Assembly: GCA_051294375.1 (NCBI GenBank)
Contig: CM119266.1
Span: 3,699,530 to 3,763,529, forward strand
Length of the DNA stretch: 64,000 nucleotides
Direction: 5' to 3'
DNA from: Paraspadella gotoi
Lineage: Eukaryota; Animalia; Chaetognatha
The stretch's first letter is position 1; each line of letters begins with the position of its first letter. Below are positions 48,501 to 62,384 of the stretch, piece by piece. The notes beneath the pieces were generated by a model that had not been told where the DNA came from, did no database searches, and saw nothing but the letters and a program-made list of their open reading frames with translations. Made by a program: the position numbers and the translations under genes.

Positions 48501-51400
48501 CCTCGACAATCACCAGGAGCACAAGCAACACCTCCGCGAGGTGTTCGACCGTCTCCATCAAAACGGATGGTTGTCAATAGACAAAAATGTGTCCTCGGAA
48601 GTCAGAGCTAGAATTTCTAGCTACCGATAAATGCAAACGGCATCTCCCCACTTCCTGACCGAGTAGCGCCGTCAACGCCAACACGCCTCCTACAACGATA
48701 AAAGAATTACAGCGCTTCCTCGGATGATAAATTATTACAGGAATTCATCCCGAGGTCGGCTCATCACTTATATCACTTTTCGAGGCACTTAAATCCAAAC
48801 GAAACCTCGATCACTCCAATGACAGAAGAGTGTCAGAACTCTTTTATCGCTATCAAAAAAGCACTAGCAGAAGCCACAATGCTTTGTCACCCCCACCAAA
48901 CGCCTCGCTTCAATCACCTCCGACGCATCAAATACTGCTATCGGAGCAGTATTAGAACAAAGAGGCCCACGTGTTGGGAACCACTATCATTCTTTTCTGG
49001 CAAAACTCCAGAAGAGTCAGCAACTGTGGCCTCCGTTTCGACGCGAGCTATGGCGGCATGGCGAGCAGTGAGACATTTTAAAACAATGATCGAGGGCAGA
49101 AAGTTTACTTTATACACGGATCATAAATCATTAGGTGCCAGGCTCTCGCCAAAAAAATCAAGAGCCACACACGGACCGGCAAACATACAACTCGCCGGGA
49201 ATGCCGGAGTATACGACAGACATACAGTACTCGCAGGCAAGGCGAACGTTGTCGCAGGACTCACCTCTCTCGGCAAACGCCTACACAAGTCAACGAGCCC
49301 GAGGACCTGATCCTCATTTCCTTCCCCCTCCCCCTCGTTGCCCTGTCCCCCACCCTCCTCCTCTCTTCCCTCTTTTCTCTGCCCCTTAAAAACCTTTCCC
49401 CCCCAATTATCGCCTCATCGACAAGCGAAATCCCTGCTGAAAAAACGTGAAAACCTCGGACATCATCGCCGCTTCAATTCTCCAGCACGGAATCGAAATC
49501 TGCAAAAAAGAATGGCGCTCGACCAACCGTTTGGACGCTGAATATCAGCGCATTTAGCAACGGACGCCGCGTCCGGGCTTCAGCTTCCGTCGAGTCCCCC
49601 ATCGGCGAAACATCGATCACAGTGGACGTCAGGCCAACGGCCCGCCACGCCCATTTGTGCCATACGCTTTGGCGACGACGGCGATTTTCGAAACAGTGCA
49701 TAATTTAGGCCATCCCGGAATAGATCAACCGCCAAAGGCCATCTGTGAAAAGTTTCGTTTGGCCACGATTCGCTCAGACGTCTACCAAATGGGCTCGCGA
49801 ATTGCCTCAGTGCCAACGCGCCAAGCGTCACGAAAAACCACCGTGCGAAATTGGCACATTCGAACTCCCTGATCGACGTTTTCTCCCATCTCCACAGTCG
49901 ACATTCGTTTCCCTTCCCCCTTCTCTAAACGGATTCCCAATTATGTCCTCACAGCGGTGGATCGTTTACTCGTTGGCCAGGGCGAATCCCCATGAAGGAT
50001 ATCTCCGCCAAAAACGGTTCATCGACGCCTTGCGTTCATGATGGATCTCGTCCTTTGCGTCCCATCAACAGTTACAACGCCCGCGGTTCACAATTCTATC
50101 AGAAACGTGGAAACAACTGCTCTCATCTTGGGGAATCCGTCACTGCCCTACTACTCCTTATCATCCCCAATCAAACGGCCTGGTTGGAACGTTTCCACCG
50201 CCGTTTTAAAGGAATCGTCTAATCCGCCCTCGGCGCGGACGGTCGAGGGAGATTGGTACTGGAAACTCCCTGCGCATTTACTAGCGCGCATTTCGGTACA
50301 ACCCTCAAACCCGACGTGGGGGCATCCCAGCGGAGCTCGTATACGGGGGAAGCAATCGCCGTCCCAGGAGATTTGGTTTCGCCCAAAAACCGAAGTGAAC
50401 CGAGGAACGCCTACAGCGACGCCGCCACGCTTAAATTAATTTGAGCCTCGAGGTTGCCGATTACAGCCAGTTCCAACGTTCAACGCATCGACAACCCTCA
50501 CGTTCAACTACCCGACGCCCTCGCCACGGCCTCTCACGTTTATGTTCGGCGGAGGGGGCGGTGCGGCCACGAGTCTTTTTCCCGCCGTACCTCGGCCCTT
50601 TCCGCGTCGTCTCTCGCGATGACTAACCTTTCGAATACGAAAGTCCAAGGTCGAGGCGTCGAAATATCAACAATTAGCGCGACTTAAACCGGCCTACGAG
50701 GGAGACGGACGACGCAGAGACGCTTGCCAGCGCCTCCACGTACGCCTTCACCGCCTCCCTCGCCTCCTCCGCCCCGCGCCGCCGACCCGGCTGGCGGACT
50801 CGCAGCGCCCGTCCGGACATCTGAGAATATTGAGATCGAAGCTCACGAAGAACTTCGTCCGCCTCCTCCTCCTCCTCCTCCTCCTCCTCCTCCTCCTCCT
50901 CCCCTCTCAACTTCTTCCTCCCACCTCCCCGCTCACCCACAGCCCCAAACGTCGACTCAATTAATCGATTTCGCCCTCTAAAATCAAAATAAACAAACCG
51001 GGCGAAAACATAAACAAAAAGTAAACAAACGGTAACGCCGATATTCCGGAAACGAAAGCAATCTGAAGAAATAACGACGCCACGCGGAACGCCAGAGGCT
51101 CCTAACTACCTCTCCCCACCGTTCCCCATCCCTCCCCCATTTCTCCCCCCCCTAATCGCCTGATCACCTTTTCAAACCAACACCCGAAACTTTTATTTCC
51201 GCGCGAAAAAAGCTAATCGCCAAATCGGATTAATAGCGCGATTCAGCATTCATATGCCCAGTATTAAGGCATTCTACTGCCAGCAACATTTCCCAGCCAA
51301 CCGAAACGGAAAATTTCTCCATCGATTGAACGGCGTCCCAGTCAATTCCACAATTATCTCCTTATCTAAAAACTGTCTCAACCTTTCAAAAGAACTTTAA
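45597..51400 (+). mobile_element. Gypsy/Ty3 LTR retrotransposon, heavily frameshifted; 3' LTR not seen (gap at 51643-51742)
   Basis: 5' LTR 45597-46067 (TGTAG...CTACA); PBS TGGTGAGGCCCAAC at 46070. Gag KLPDFDQDNVELW and ICYYHKKFG; protease-like LNWLIDA; RT VYIDDILVAS (~48476-48505); RNase H FTLYTDHKSL; integrase HNLGHPGI and ERFHR. Order PR-RT-RH-IN. The 3' boundary is approximate. Confidence 0.92.
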
Positions 51401-52547
51401 ACCTCTTTTACATTCGTTTTTATGATTTCCATTTTTCCTTCGTATTATAAGTAAATCAATTATATATCAATTTAAAGTCGTCAATTAGTTTTTACTAATT
51501 TATTTCTAACTTGTAAATATTTATTTAATGAATCAATCAAATCGGCGAAGTTTTTCACGCGAAACAAAATCGTCAAAGTTATTATCAACAAAACTAATTA
51601 TTCCTTCGAAATCATCAAATAATCTCTCTCTTTTTTTTTTTTNNNNNNNNNNNNNNNNNNNNNNNNNNNNNNNNNNNNNNNNNNNNNNNNNNNNNNNNNN
51701 NNNNNNNNNNNNNNNNNNNNNNNNNNNNNNNNNNNNNNNNNNATATCTGCAAGGTTTTTTGAAAATCCGAGTTTAGCTTCTCGGTCTAATTAAAACAGGT
51801 TTCAAAACTGATCGCGAAGAAAAGGATCTGGACCAATCACCGTCGGTGATTATCTTTTCAACCAATCAGGAGTCGCGATCCTAAATGCGGGAGGGTCGAC
51901 AAGTCGGCGAGAATGTCGAGAGTGACTGGAGCTTCTGGAGTCTGACTTGAATAGTGGAACCATCAATCAAGTCGTTGTGATGTGATTCGTGAAGAGCAAA
52001 GAATCACAGAATTCGGGAGACATGATCAGATCCGTCTCAAATATCAAAAGCAAACACGTTTTTTTAAACATAATTGACAGACATTGTTATGATTCTTTCA
52101 TTTCGTTGTGTTTTGAATTTAGGAAAAAAGTTTTTAGTGTGCAACAACGATTTTATTATTATAGATAGATCGGACAAGTTTCGACTCTGTATTCGCTGAA
52201 GAAGACTGACGAACGGACGGACGGACGGACGGACATCATTTTTTTTGCATAATTTATCATAATTCGATGTTCTGACATGATATAAGTTAGTGCCCGACAA
52301 TATTGAGGGGGCGGACCGACGGACCGACAAAGTGGATTATTGAGTCGGGATCTGCTGAAAGCAGATCCGACTAAAAATTATTACAAAATTAAAAAATTAC
52401 AAAATACAATTTAAATCTAAAGGAAAGGGACGGAATTTTTTTCACAATTAAAAGTCTAGAAATTATAAATGTAATTTCGACAGACAATATGACATATGTA
52501 TCAAATTTATCTACATTCATTTTATAATACCTCTTCGGATCCTTCAT

Positions 52548-55500
52548 TTATTCGATCCATCTGTCCATCTTCTCATCCACCCAAATCCGCTCTTCTCCTT
52601 CATCGCACTCCCTGTTGTGTCGCTCCACTAATTCGTTCTCTCGCTCCAGCCAATCAGCGACCAGCTCCTCCAGGTCCGGTCTCCACTCGCTTCTGGATCC
52701 ATCAAAATCCACGAATCGTCTTCCGTCGAAGAAGCAGCCATCGGGAAGCGGTCGCGTCGCTGCGACGAGGCGTTGGATCTCCTTCAACTCTTTCGTCGAG
52801 ATGTTAGATCGAGTCAACAGCTGGCGCGGCGACGTTGCGGCTGAGAATTTGATGCAGCGACGAACGAGGTGAATCAGGTTAGACTCTTGAAGACGCGTTC
52901 CGGCGAAAAGGAGATAAGAATCGTCGGATCTTGAGGCCGACGAAGAATTGGAATGATCCGCGGATGTTTGAGAGGAATTCTGGTCATTCTGTGACCCCCT
53001 TGGTGGCGGAGGTCGTGGAGTTAAGGAAATCGTTCTTGCGACCTCCGCATTATCGGATTCTTTCAAGTAAGAAATAAAATTGGCGCCGGCGCCAAAATTG
53101 ACGCAGATTCGTCGTCCATCGGCGTCGCGAATTTCGCCAAAGACCAAAAATATTTGTGCCTCGTTTTCGTCTCGTGAATTAAAATATCTCAATTCGATCT
53201 TCAACTTATTTCGATCGATGAGAGCAAAAGTTTTGACGAGAATTTTGAAGACACGTTGGGATTTCCGGACATGAGCGTCGACGGACTGCCCGACATCCTC
53301 CTCTCTTGCCCGCCACCATCCTGGCCTCGTCAAGTGTCGGTCACGTATCATCTTCGTCGAATTAAATTCGTTGTCGGTCGAGAGAAGTCGGTCAAAGTCG
53401 GCCTCACGAGTCACGTGACCGAGTGGAGCGAGGATTTGATTGGCTGAAGGATTAAGGCGGCGGAAGAAAGTCTGAAGAGAAAGAAGGAAATTGATTGGTT
53501 GGTTGATTGGTGGAATCGATTTAACAATCAATGCATCCATTAATTATTAATAATAAGGATCCCGTCAAGCTGTGATTCATATAAATACGAACGAATTTGA
53601 AATAACGGCTTAAAGAAAGGCAATGGGGGCAAGTACCTACGTGGAAAAGGCTCAATATTAACTTTCATTATCCTAACTTCTATTTATTTATTATTTATCT
53701 ATTATTTATTAAATATTTTTAAAATTTTACCCTCCAAAAGAATTTGGGATTTGGCCGCATCAAACCTATGAAATTGGTACAACCAACATAAAAATTATCC
53801 ATTCATTTAATAAATAAGCTAACTTGCCCCTAACTTTAGACAGGCTTTGGTGGTTTTAGGCCTCCATCACTCTTACAAGAAAATGACATAGCAGGTCCCT
53901 GCAGGCTTTCAATCAAGACTGGAACCGTAAAACTGATATATTGTCACAAAAAGTCTTAAAGTTTTTTAATAAAAAATCTCTATCGACATTGAAATTATTA
54001 TTAATTGCTTGAAAGTTAGTTTCTATATTGAAAGCAACTACGAAAATACAGTTTTTTTAATCCGGATTTTTATCAGGCTCGATATTGATTCGGTGAGCTT
54101 CTTTGTGACGACGTCGTCGTCGTCGTCGTCGTCGTCGTCGGCGTCACACATTTTTATATAAAAACTACTACGCTTTTATAGTTTTGGCTGGGATTTTTTT
54201 TTAAATAAAAATTATTATAAATTACAAAAGTTTTATAAAAGTGTGCGATGATAGTAAGTTAAAAATTTAGATATGGCTTCTCATCTTGAAATAGCTCTGA
54301 AATTTTCATATTACATTTGGATTCAAGTATTTTTTGTTTGAATTTCCACTTCATTATGATTTACTGCAATATGCAAATGAGATTATAGTACTCAATATAA
54401 TATCCAAATTAGTATATAGAAATGCTTTAATCTAATTTACATATTGCAGTATATAATATTGAAGATGAAATTCAAAAAAAATTTTAAATCTATAATAAAA
54501 ATGGAAAATCAAAGGACCTTTTTAATGCGAAGCTATATCTTAATTTTAATACAAATAAAATAAAATCTTTTACAAGCTATGATTGGAAAAAATTGTAAAA
54601 ATTTCCAATTGTAAAAACCAAATTTGAACATTTTTTCCCTTTCTTTTATTTCTTTAAATTATAAATAATGAGCGGCTGTCCACTGTCGTGTATTATTTTT
54701 CGGTGTTTAACGATATTTTTTTGTGCATCACTCCAGTTTAAACGCGGTGTAACATTGACTCTCACTACTGTAAGATAATTCTCTTACCCTAGCTTCCTCC
54801 ATTTTTATTCCATCCGCCACTCCGGTTATAATTATATCATTCACGAATCCTCGTCCACACGTCTCAACGATGGAGGGCAAGATCCGGCGACCTTCCGCCT
54901 CAACGATCCGGCGACCTTCCGCCTCTACGATCCGGCGGACCTTCCGCCTCAACGATCCGGCGACCTCCGCCCAACGATCCGGCGACCCTCCGCTTTCATA
55001 CGATCCGGCGACCTTCCGCCTCAACGATCCGGCGACCCTCCGCCCCGACGTTCGACCAGAAAAGATTTTCTGGATTAACGCAAACGACGACGCGAGAGAT
55101 AATCATCCGGGGACGAATCTCCGTATGAAATTGGAAGGAACGGATGACGTCCGGTCCTGAGACAAAACCCGGAACGGTGACGATGGCGCGCTTAATGACG
55201 CCGGCGGAGGAAACGCCGTGACGCCGCTGAATGGACTTAGCGATCGATGACAATAAACGACGAAAATCAGGGACGGAGAAGGGCGAGGTCTCGGAGGCGC
55301 AGTGGACGATCCACTGGACGTTTTCGCTAGTGAGGGATGTGATGTTGGAAGCGAAGTTTTCCTTGAAGCTTCGGTCTCCCAGGATCCTTCAAGGAAAACT
55401 TCGCTTCCAACATCACATCCTCACTGCGCGAAAACGTCCAGTGGATCGTCCACTGCGCCTCCGAGACCTCGCCCTTCTCCGTCCCTGATTTTCGTCGTTT

Positions 55501-58500
55501 ATTGTCATCGATCGCTAAGTCCATTCAGCGGCGTCACGGCGTTTCCTCCGCCGGCGTCATTAAGCGCGCCATCGTCACCGTTCCGGGTTTTGTCTCAGGA
55601 CCGGACGTCATCCGTTCCTTCCAATTTCATACGGAGATTCGTCCCCGGATGATTATCTCTCGCGTCGTCGTTTGCGTTAATCCAGAAAATCTTTTCTGGT
55701 CGAACGTCGGGCGGAGGGTCGCCGGATCGTTGAGGCGGAAGGTCGCCGGATCGTGAAAGCGGAGGTCGCCGGATCGTTGGGCGGAGGTCGCGGATCGTTG
55801 AGCGGAAGGTCGCCGGATCGAGAGGCGGAAGGTCGCCGGATCGTTGAGGCGGAAGGTCGCCGGATCTTGCCCTCCATCGTTGAGACGTGTGGACGAGGAT
55901 TCGTGAATGATATAATTATAACCGGAGTGGCGGATGGAATAAAAATGGAGGAAGCTAGGGTAAGAGAATTATCTTACAGTAGTGAGAGTCAATGTTACAC
56001 CGCGTTTAAACTGGAGTGATGCACAAAAAAATATCGTTAAACACCGAAAAATAAAATTAAAGATTTAAGATTCATTTTAAAAAATCGTAAAAAGAATAGG
56101 ATCGAGCCTCCTTCAATGATAACCAAATATTGATGCGATGATAACCCAAATGATTGATGCGATGATAACCAAAATATTGATGCGATGATAACCAAATCAT
56201 TGATGATGATAATAACCAAATGGTTGATGCGATGATATCATTCATTTGATACGATGATAGTCATTCATTGATGCGATGATAGTCATTCATCGCGGAATAA
56301 TGGCGATAATAAAAGTTTTTAAAAGGAAAAAAATAATATTTTTAAAAAAAAACGACCACGCAAGAGATCGTACAGAGAAGAGAAGAGAGAGACAGAAAGA
56401 GAAGAGAAAGACAGACAGAGAGAGAAAGATAGCTGGACACTGTCCAGTGGAACAGGCCGCTCATTATTTATAATTTAATAAAGAAAGGGAAAAAATGTTA
56501 CANNNNNNNNNNNNNNNNNNNNNNNNNCCGAAGACGAGAGTGAGATGAATCTTGTTGGAGTCGAGTGGGTTGTCGAGAATCTGCATGGTGGATGTTGAAG
56601 AGGTTTTAAGATTGGAATGCAAAAGATTATGATCGACTGGCAGCGACGAAGAATCGAGATTAAAAGAAAAAAGAAAATGAGAAAGAAATTGATCAAGATT
56701 TCGAAATTTTGCAGAGAGACAAAGAAAACTGGACTGTGATTCCTTAGCCCTCGCATCCGCCCTCAAACGCAACCATCCCAACGCCTCTTCAGATGCAGTT
56801 GAGAGATTGTCTCTAAACTCTAAAACTTTCTCTGCATCCAGTTGACGAAATCTCGGCTCAGCTTCGTTGCGAAATCGTCTGCTGGCGTCCGAGTCTTCGA
56901 CGCCAGAGACAAATAGATAGATGGAATTGATCCTCGAACGCAATTCGATCGGAAGACGATGACTGACCGACTCTTTGAAGGAAAGACTCATCCCCAAATC
57001 GTCCGTCCGCTTTTCGATCTTCGCTTCAATTCTGACGATCGATTCTAAATTCACTTGGATTTTTCCTAATCGATCGTTAAAGAAGACAAGACGATCGGCG
57101 TTAAAGGAAACGTGGACACGAATGGGCGTGTCTCCTTCGGCCGGCCACGCCTCGGCAACGTTGAAGAGAACGTCTCGTTTGACTAAAACGCCGGAAGAGG
57201 GCGCGGTTAAAGGGAGACGCCACGAAAGGAAACGCGGTACGTGACTCGTGACGGAGAGAAAAGTGACGTTGTTTGTCGCGTTGTCAATGGCGACGGCGGA
57301 ATCGATAAAAGTCTCTGCAAAAGCGATGGAACCTAAGAGGCGATTGTCTGGAGATTTAATGTCGAAAATGATGAGAGAGATTCGCTTGAAAGAAGAAACG
57401 AAGAGACCTGATCGTAATAAAGAGAACAAAGTCAGTTTGATACTAAAGGTAAGTTTATTTCAAATAATTTGATACTAGGGAATGTCCCCCCAAAAAATAA
57501 AATCGAGTGTTATATTCTTTACTTTATTTTTTTAATGTTTTACATACAATTTTAGTTAATCTTATTCTTAAACATATTTTTATTCTTATTTGACCAGCTT
57601 TGTAATTTTCACTTTAATTCTTTTTTTTGGTCATTATTATTTGACTGGCTTCTATCTTCTCTTGACTGGCTTCTATCTTCACTACCTTCAGGAAGTTCAA
57701 AGATTTCCCCATTCGGTCGCAGACCCTCAAGACGGAATTCCCAAGAGGCCAGACTCGCCAACGCCTCGTCGACGGTGGACCGTGCGGAGATGACAGATTT
57801 AGAGGCGACGTAAGAGTTAATGGCGGCGAAAGTGGTTTCCATGGCAACGGAATAGAGACGTAAAAGCGTCGTAGCGTCACGAAGTTTATCGTCGTCATCA
57901 TCATCGTCGTCGTCGGTCCAACTCTTGTGCAGGAAGTACGTCCGCGTCGCCGAAATGTTTGTCAAAGGTTCGACGCAATTAACGATGAAGTGGAGGGCGC
58001 CTTCAGCCGAGAGAGAATTTTCTATTGCTCCGGACATCTCCGCCTCTCTTCCTTTCATTCTCTTCAATAATCTCTCTCTCTCTGTATTTCTTCCAAAACA
58101 AACAAAAGGCTCATCCAAGACAACCTCGTCCGCTCTTCCCAACTTCCCAAAGGCCGAGTAGGTCGTCAACACGGCCTCAAGCTCGTGTTCGACGACCCGC
58201 TTCGGCTCTCCACGCCCCCTCAGATCGATGAGACTGCCGAGTGCCTCCATCTGGCGGCTAAAGGTTGACATCTCTCTTCGAAGTCGGTCGCAGACGTCGA
58301 GTGGATCCACGACGGCGAAGACTTTATCCTTCAAGACAGAAGACACATCAATGACTTGGTGACGAAGAGTAAAGAAGCCGAGACTCGACCCCGCGACATC
58401 TTCGATCGCAAAGGCCTGAATCAGCGGCCATCTTTCGATCATCATTGGATCAAACTTTGTCCTTGTCGATCGATTTGGGACAAAGAAAGAAAAGCCAACG

Positions 58501-59313
58501 AAGCTGCAGCCTTTGAGCATCGATTTAAAGGCGCGAATCTTGAATTCCTCTGCTGCGTCAGGATCAGCGGCGGCGGCTGCGGCGTCGAGAGAGTGGACCA
58601 CGATGTCGGGCCATCCTGTCGTAAGGCGGAAGACAGCGTCGGCAGAGCGGCAGCCGACGCCACAGTAGATGTGTACAGAGTCGGGACGAAGGACGAGAAT
58701 GAAATCGTCGTCGTCATAATCGTCGTCGTCGTTCGTCTGCGGATAAAATATTTATTTAAATTTAAACAAAATATTTAAAATAGATAAACACTACGTCACG
58801 GTTATAGTCTTAGTCTTCGCTGCTCGGAAAAAAGAATTTGTCATTTAAGCTTTTTAACTTTTTACTTCGTCTTCTCTGTTCAGATTTAGACTATATTACA
58901 TAATCTTTTAAATTTTGAAAGAACATTTCCAAATATTAACTGAATTATAAATAAATTCTTTTAAAATCATCGCAAAAAAATTATTATTGTTTTATTTTTT
59001 CCTTAATAAAAATGAACTTTTGTATTTAAAAAAGTAATGAATTTTCATAATTTAATGCAAAAATAATTTTTGAATTTACTTCAATTCAAATTAAACATTT
59101 GACCTCGATTTTCCTCGCGTCGTTTTTGAAGGCGTCGAGCAGAAGAAAGTTGACGAAGAAGTTGGAGGCTTCGTTGAAGGATCCGTCGATTCCGAGAATG
59201 AAGACGACTGCATCGGGAGTCGGACCCTTGGAGTAGTTCGTCGGAGAAAAGATCTCCTTTCTGGCCAAACGAAGGCGCCCCAGGGAAACGTGCCACAAGT
59301 CTGTCTCCTTCAT
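52548..59313 (-). CDS. DNAAF9: Dynein axonemal assembly factor 9 (C20orf194/Shulin) homolog; middle exon disrupted in the assembly by a gap and fold-back
   Basis: Exons 59104..59313, 57686..58736, 57407..~56528 (runs into the N gap), ~55368..54788 and 52548..53471. Motifs match DNAAF9: VSLGRLR, PDAVVFILGIDGSFNE, DSVHIYC, AAEEFKI, IERWPLIQAFA, EPFVCFG, ATRTYF, LVFGLPGS, RRLNPSANQILAPLGHVTR and C-terminal RPLPDGCFFDGRRFVDFDG. Confidence 0.9.
54627..56502. repeat. Large fold-back (inverted duplication) centred at ~55378 inside DNAAF9
   Basis: 54693-55368 is the reverse complement of 55388-56054 with scattered indels; 54627-54685 matches 56445-56502; ends at a 25-N gap. Confidence 0.95.
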
Positions 59314-59802
59314 TGTATAAAATCGTCAGTTTTAAATTTATTTTTCTAAATTAAACTTTTTGCATCAATTGAGCAATGATATCACCCTGGCAACGTGTCC
59401 TTTTGTTTTCAATTAAATTGTCTCAGTCTGTTACGACATCTAGAGACCTGAATGTGGAGTTTAAAAGTTTTAAAAAACATATATATATTTTAATGTCTGA
59501 CGGAGTGAAATAAAAAATAACATTTATATTGGTTATACCGATTTTTTCATTACTAGCATGTGATTTATATACAATTATTATACATATATAAGCATTTTTA
59601 TTCGAATGCAACAAGGTTGATTCAGTACAAAAATTAAACAAAACATACATACATAAATTTAAAATTATTTTCTATTTTTATTATCTTATAATAAACAAAT
59701 AATTGGATATCATTTTTTGGGCACCGAAATTGTGACTAAAGCGATTGAAAAATGTGTGTGAGACAAAAAAAATGCTTGCAAGTGCTTGCAAGTGCTTGCA
59801 AG

Positions 59803-60673
59803 TAGTGTTTCCTTAACCGTTAATTTTTCTACAACGTCGGTTAACCGTTAAAAATCGACTTTTTTAACCGATAACGGTTAAAATCGCTTAATTTAGAGAC
59901 TTAGCTTATTTGATAATATAAATGCAATAAAAGAAGGAATACAATTAAAACTTAGTATTCGAATCTTATTTCAATACATAGGATGCACAGAGTAAGACAC
60001 TGAATTAATTATAATAAAAATATCAATGATAGCGATCATGAGCTTTTTTTTTTAAATTTAATGTAATGTAATGTACAACAATAGTAAACGGAAAAACTAA
60101 AATAACGAAAACAAATTTAAAACTAAGTATAAATTAAAAGTGTTTAAAGAGTGAAATAGAAATGAAATAGATATTAGTAATAGTGAGACATTAAGAGAAG
60201 AAAAATTGAAAAAAGCTCTAAATAGAACTGCCCCCTGCAGTTCCTACCGAGTATACTCGGTAGGAAGGGTAACGGAGGTGGTAGGAATTTTTCCGTGGTC
60301 GAATGTAAAACTGATGGTCTGTGCCCCCCCCCCCAGTGGAGTTGAGTTGGGATTTGGGGTCGGGCAGTGATCTTTTTGGAAAAATGCCCGTCGAAACATG
60401 TCCGTTTAAAGAAATAAATTTGGTTGTTTGTAAACAAAAACAAACTTTGATTTCCCTCTCAATAAATAAATAATAAATATAAAAACTTATATTTATATAA
60501 AAAAAGAAAAAATTCTCTAAAAACATAATAAGTTAAAGAAAATAAAATATTTTTTACCAAAATATCCTAATTGGAAAAAATAAAATGTAACCGAATTTAC
60601 CAAATTAACGGTTAAGTTAATAAAAATTTTAACCGTTATTAACGGTTAATTTTTAAGGGTTAAGGAATCTCGA
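59803..60673. mobile_element. hAT-like MITE related to 43030-44161
   Basis: Imperfect TIRs, AACCGTTAA subterminal repeats, exact 8-bp TSD CTTGCAAG. Confidence 0.8.
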
Positions 60674-60862
60674 CTTGCAAGTTGTTAACCCTTCGACACA
60701 AGAGATACAGCATTTGTCAACAGCAACTAATTAATTAATTCATATTATTATTTTAAATTTCTTTCTCTCTATCTCTCTCTCTCTCTCTCTCTCACTCGCT
60801 CGCTGTCCATCTTTACTGGCGGCGCCAACGCGAAAACTTCTCGTTCCGCGCGCGTGCTCTCA

Positions 60863-60909
<47 letters not shown>

Positions 60910-61556
60910 TCTCTCTCTCTGTCTCTCTCTCTCTCTGTTTGCGATCGTGCTCAAAGACTGACGCGACTTCAACATCTTTTCTTCTTCCCTGGAAATTTTT
61001 TTTTCACCAAAATATGAAAAATGGAATAAATACAAACTAAACAAATAATTTTAAAACTATCTTAATTGATAAATGCTTTATAGTTTTTTATTTTCCTCTG
61101 TCAGTTTTCATCATTCGTTTTAAATTTTTATCAACTGAAGTCATTTTTTTTTTCATCAACTAAAAATTTCTTTGGATTTCAATGAAAAAATAAAAAAAAT
61201 CAGATTAAAAACGAAAATATATAAAATTATCTAAAAAAAAATAATGTTTAAACTCCGCAAAAATTATGTTTTCTCGTTACTTCTATTTTTTTCACTTTAT
61301 TAATTATTTAGTTAAATTAGTTGTATGATTAATTTTGTTTTCCTTTCAATGCATCCAGTCTTTGGAGACGAAGCGGTCGACACGGCGGTCGTCGTCGTCG
61401 TCGTCGTCGTCGTCGTTTGTCTCTCTTGCACCTAATCCCTCTTTTCTCTCTCTGTCTGTCTCTTTTTTCTCTTCCTCTATCTATATATAGATATTTATCC
61501 ATACATCCCCTTTTCTCCCCCCCCTCTCCCTCTCCTAACTCTCTCTCTCCTCTCTC

Positions 61557-61592
<36 letters not shown>

Positions 61593-61659
61593 GCTTTTTT
61601 AATGATTTATGCGTTTGTTTTGGTCACGTGAGTCGGCGTCGATTATTCAAAAAGACGAT

Positions 61660-61988
61660 TCGACGACCGAACCACCGACCGACCGACCGAACCGACGACC
61701 GACCGACGACCGACCGACCGACCGACCCACCGACGACGGACCGAACAAAAACCGACCGCGACCAGACCGAACCGACCGATCCGACGACCGACCGACCGAC
61801 CGACCGACCGAACCGACACCGACGATCGACCGATCCGACCGATCCGACCGACCGACCGACACGACGACCACCCGACCGACCGACCGACCCCGACAGACAC
61901 GACCGAACCGACCGACCGACCGGATCCGACCGACCGACCGACCGAACCGACCGATCCGAACCGACCGACCGACCGACCGACCGACCGA
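61660..61988. repeat. (ACCG)n microsatellite
   Basis: Imperfect CCGA tandem array. Confidence 0.95.
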
Positions 61989-62304
61989 AATTTTACTTAG
62001 TTAATGTTACTATGAAATACATGATATAACTTTAAGATCTTACCTTACAATTAAATTTAATCTTAGCTACATATATAAAATTATATATTTCTGAATATTT
62101 ATAGGGAGGAGAATGTTAGAGTTGACAAAAAATCAGAAAGACAGAAAAAGAAGAAATTGAGAAAGATAGAAATAGAGAAAGAAAAAAATTTTAAAAAATA
62201 AAACAGAAGGAAAGAAAGACAAAAAAAAGACAGAATGACAGACAGACAAAAGTTAAACAGACGTCGTCACGATTCTGGTTTCTTTTTTTTGGAAGTGAAT
62301 AATA

Positions 62305-62372
<68 letters not shown>

Positions 62373-62384
62373 AGAGGGTAACAA

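Noticed and set aside
46341-50981. Programmed frameshifting or many small genes in the Gypsy body
   Set aside because: Dense 1-bp indels throughout fit decay or unpolished long-read sequence next to a gap.
21343-59313. Functional gene cluster linking LRRC27-like and DNAAF9
   Set aside because: Separated by ~26 kb with unrelated genes; nothing in the sequence supports co-regulation.
61609-62029. PTDR-repeat protein ORFs
   Set aside because: (ACCG)n microsatellite.
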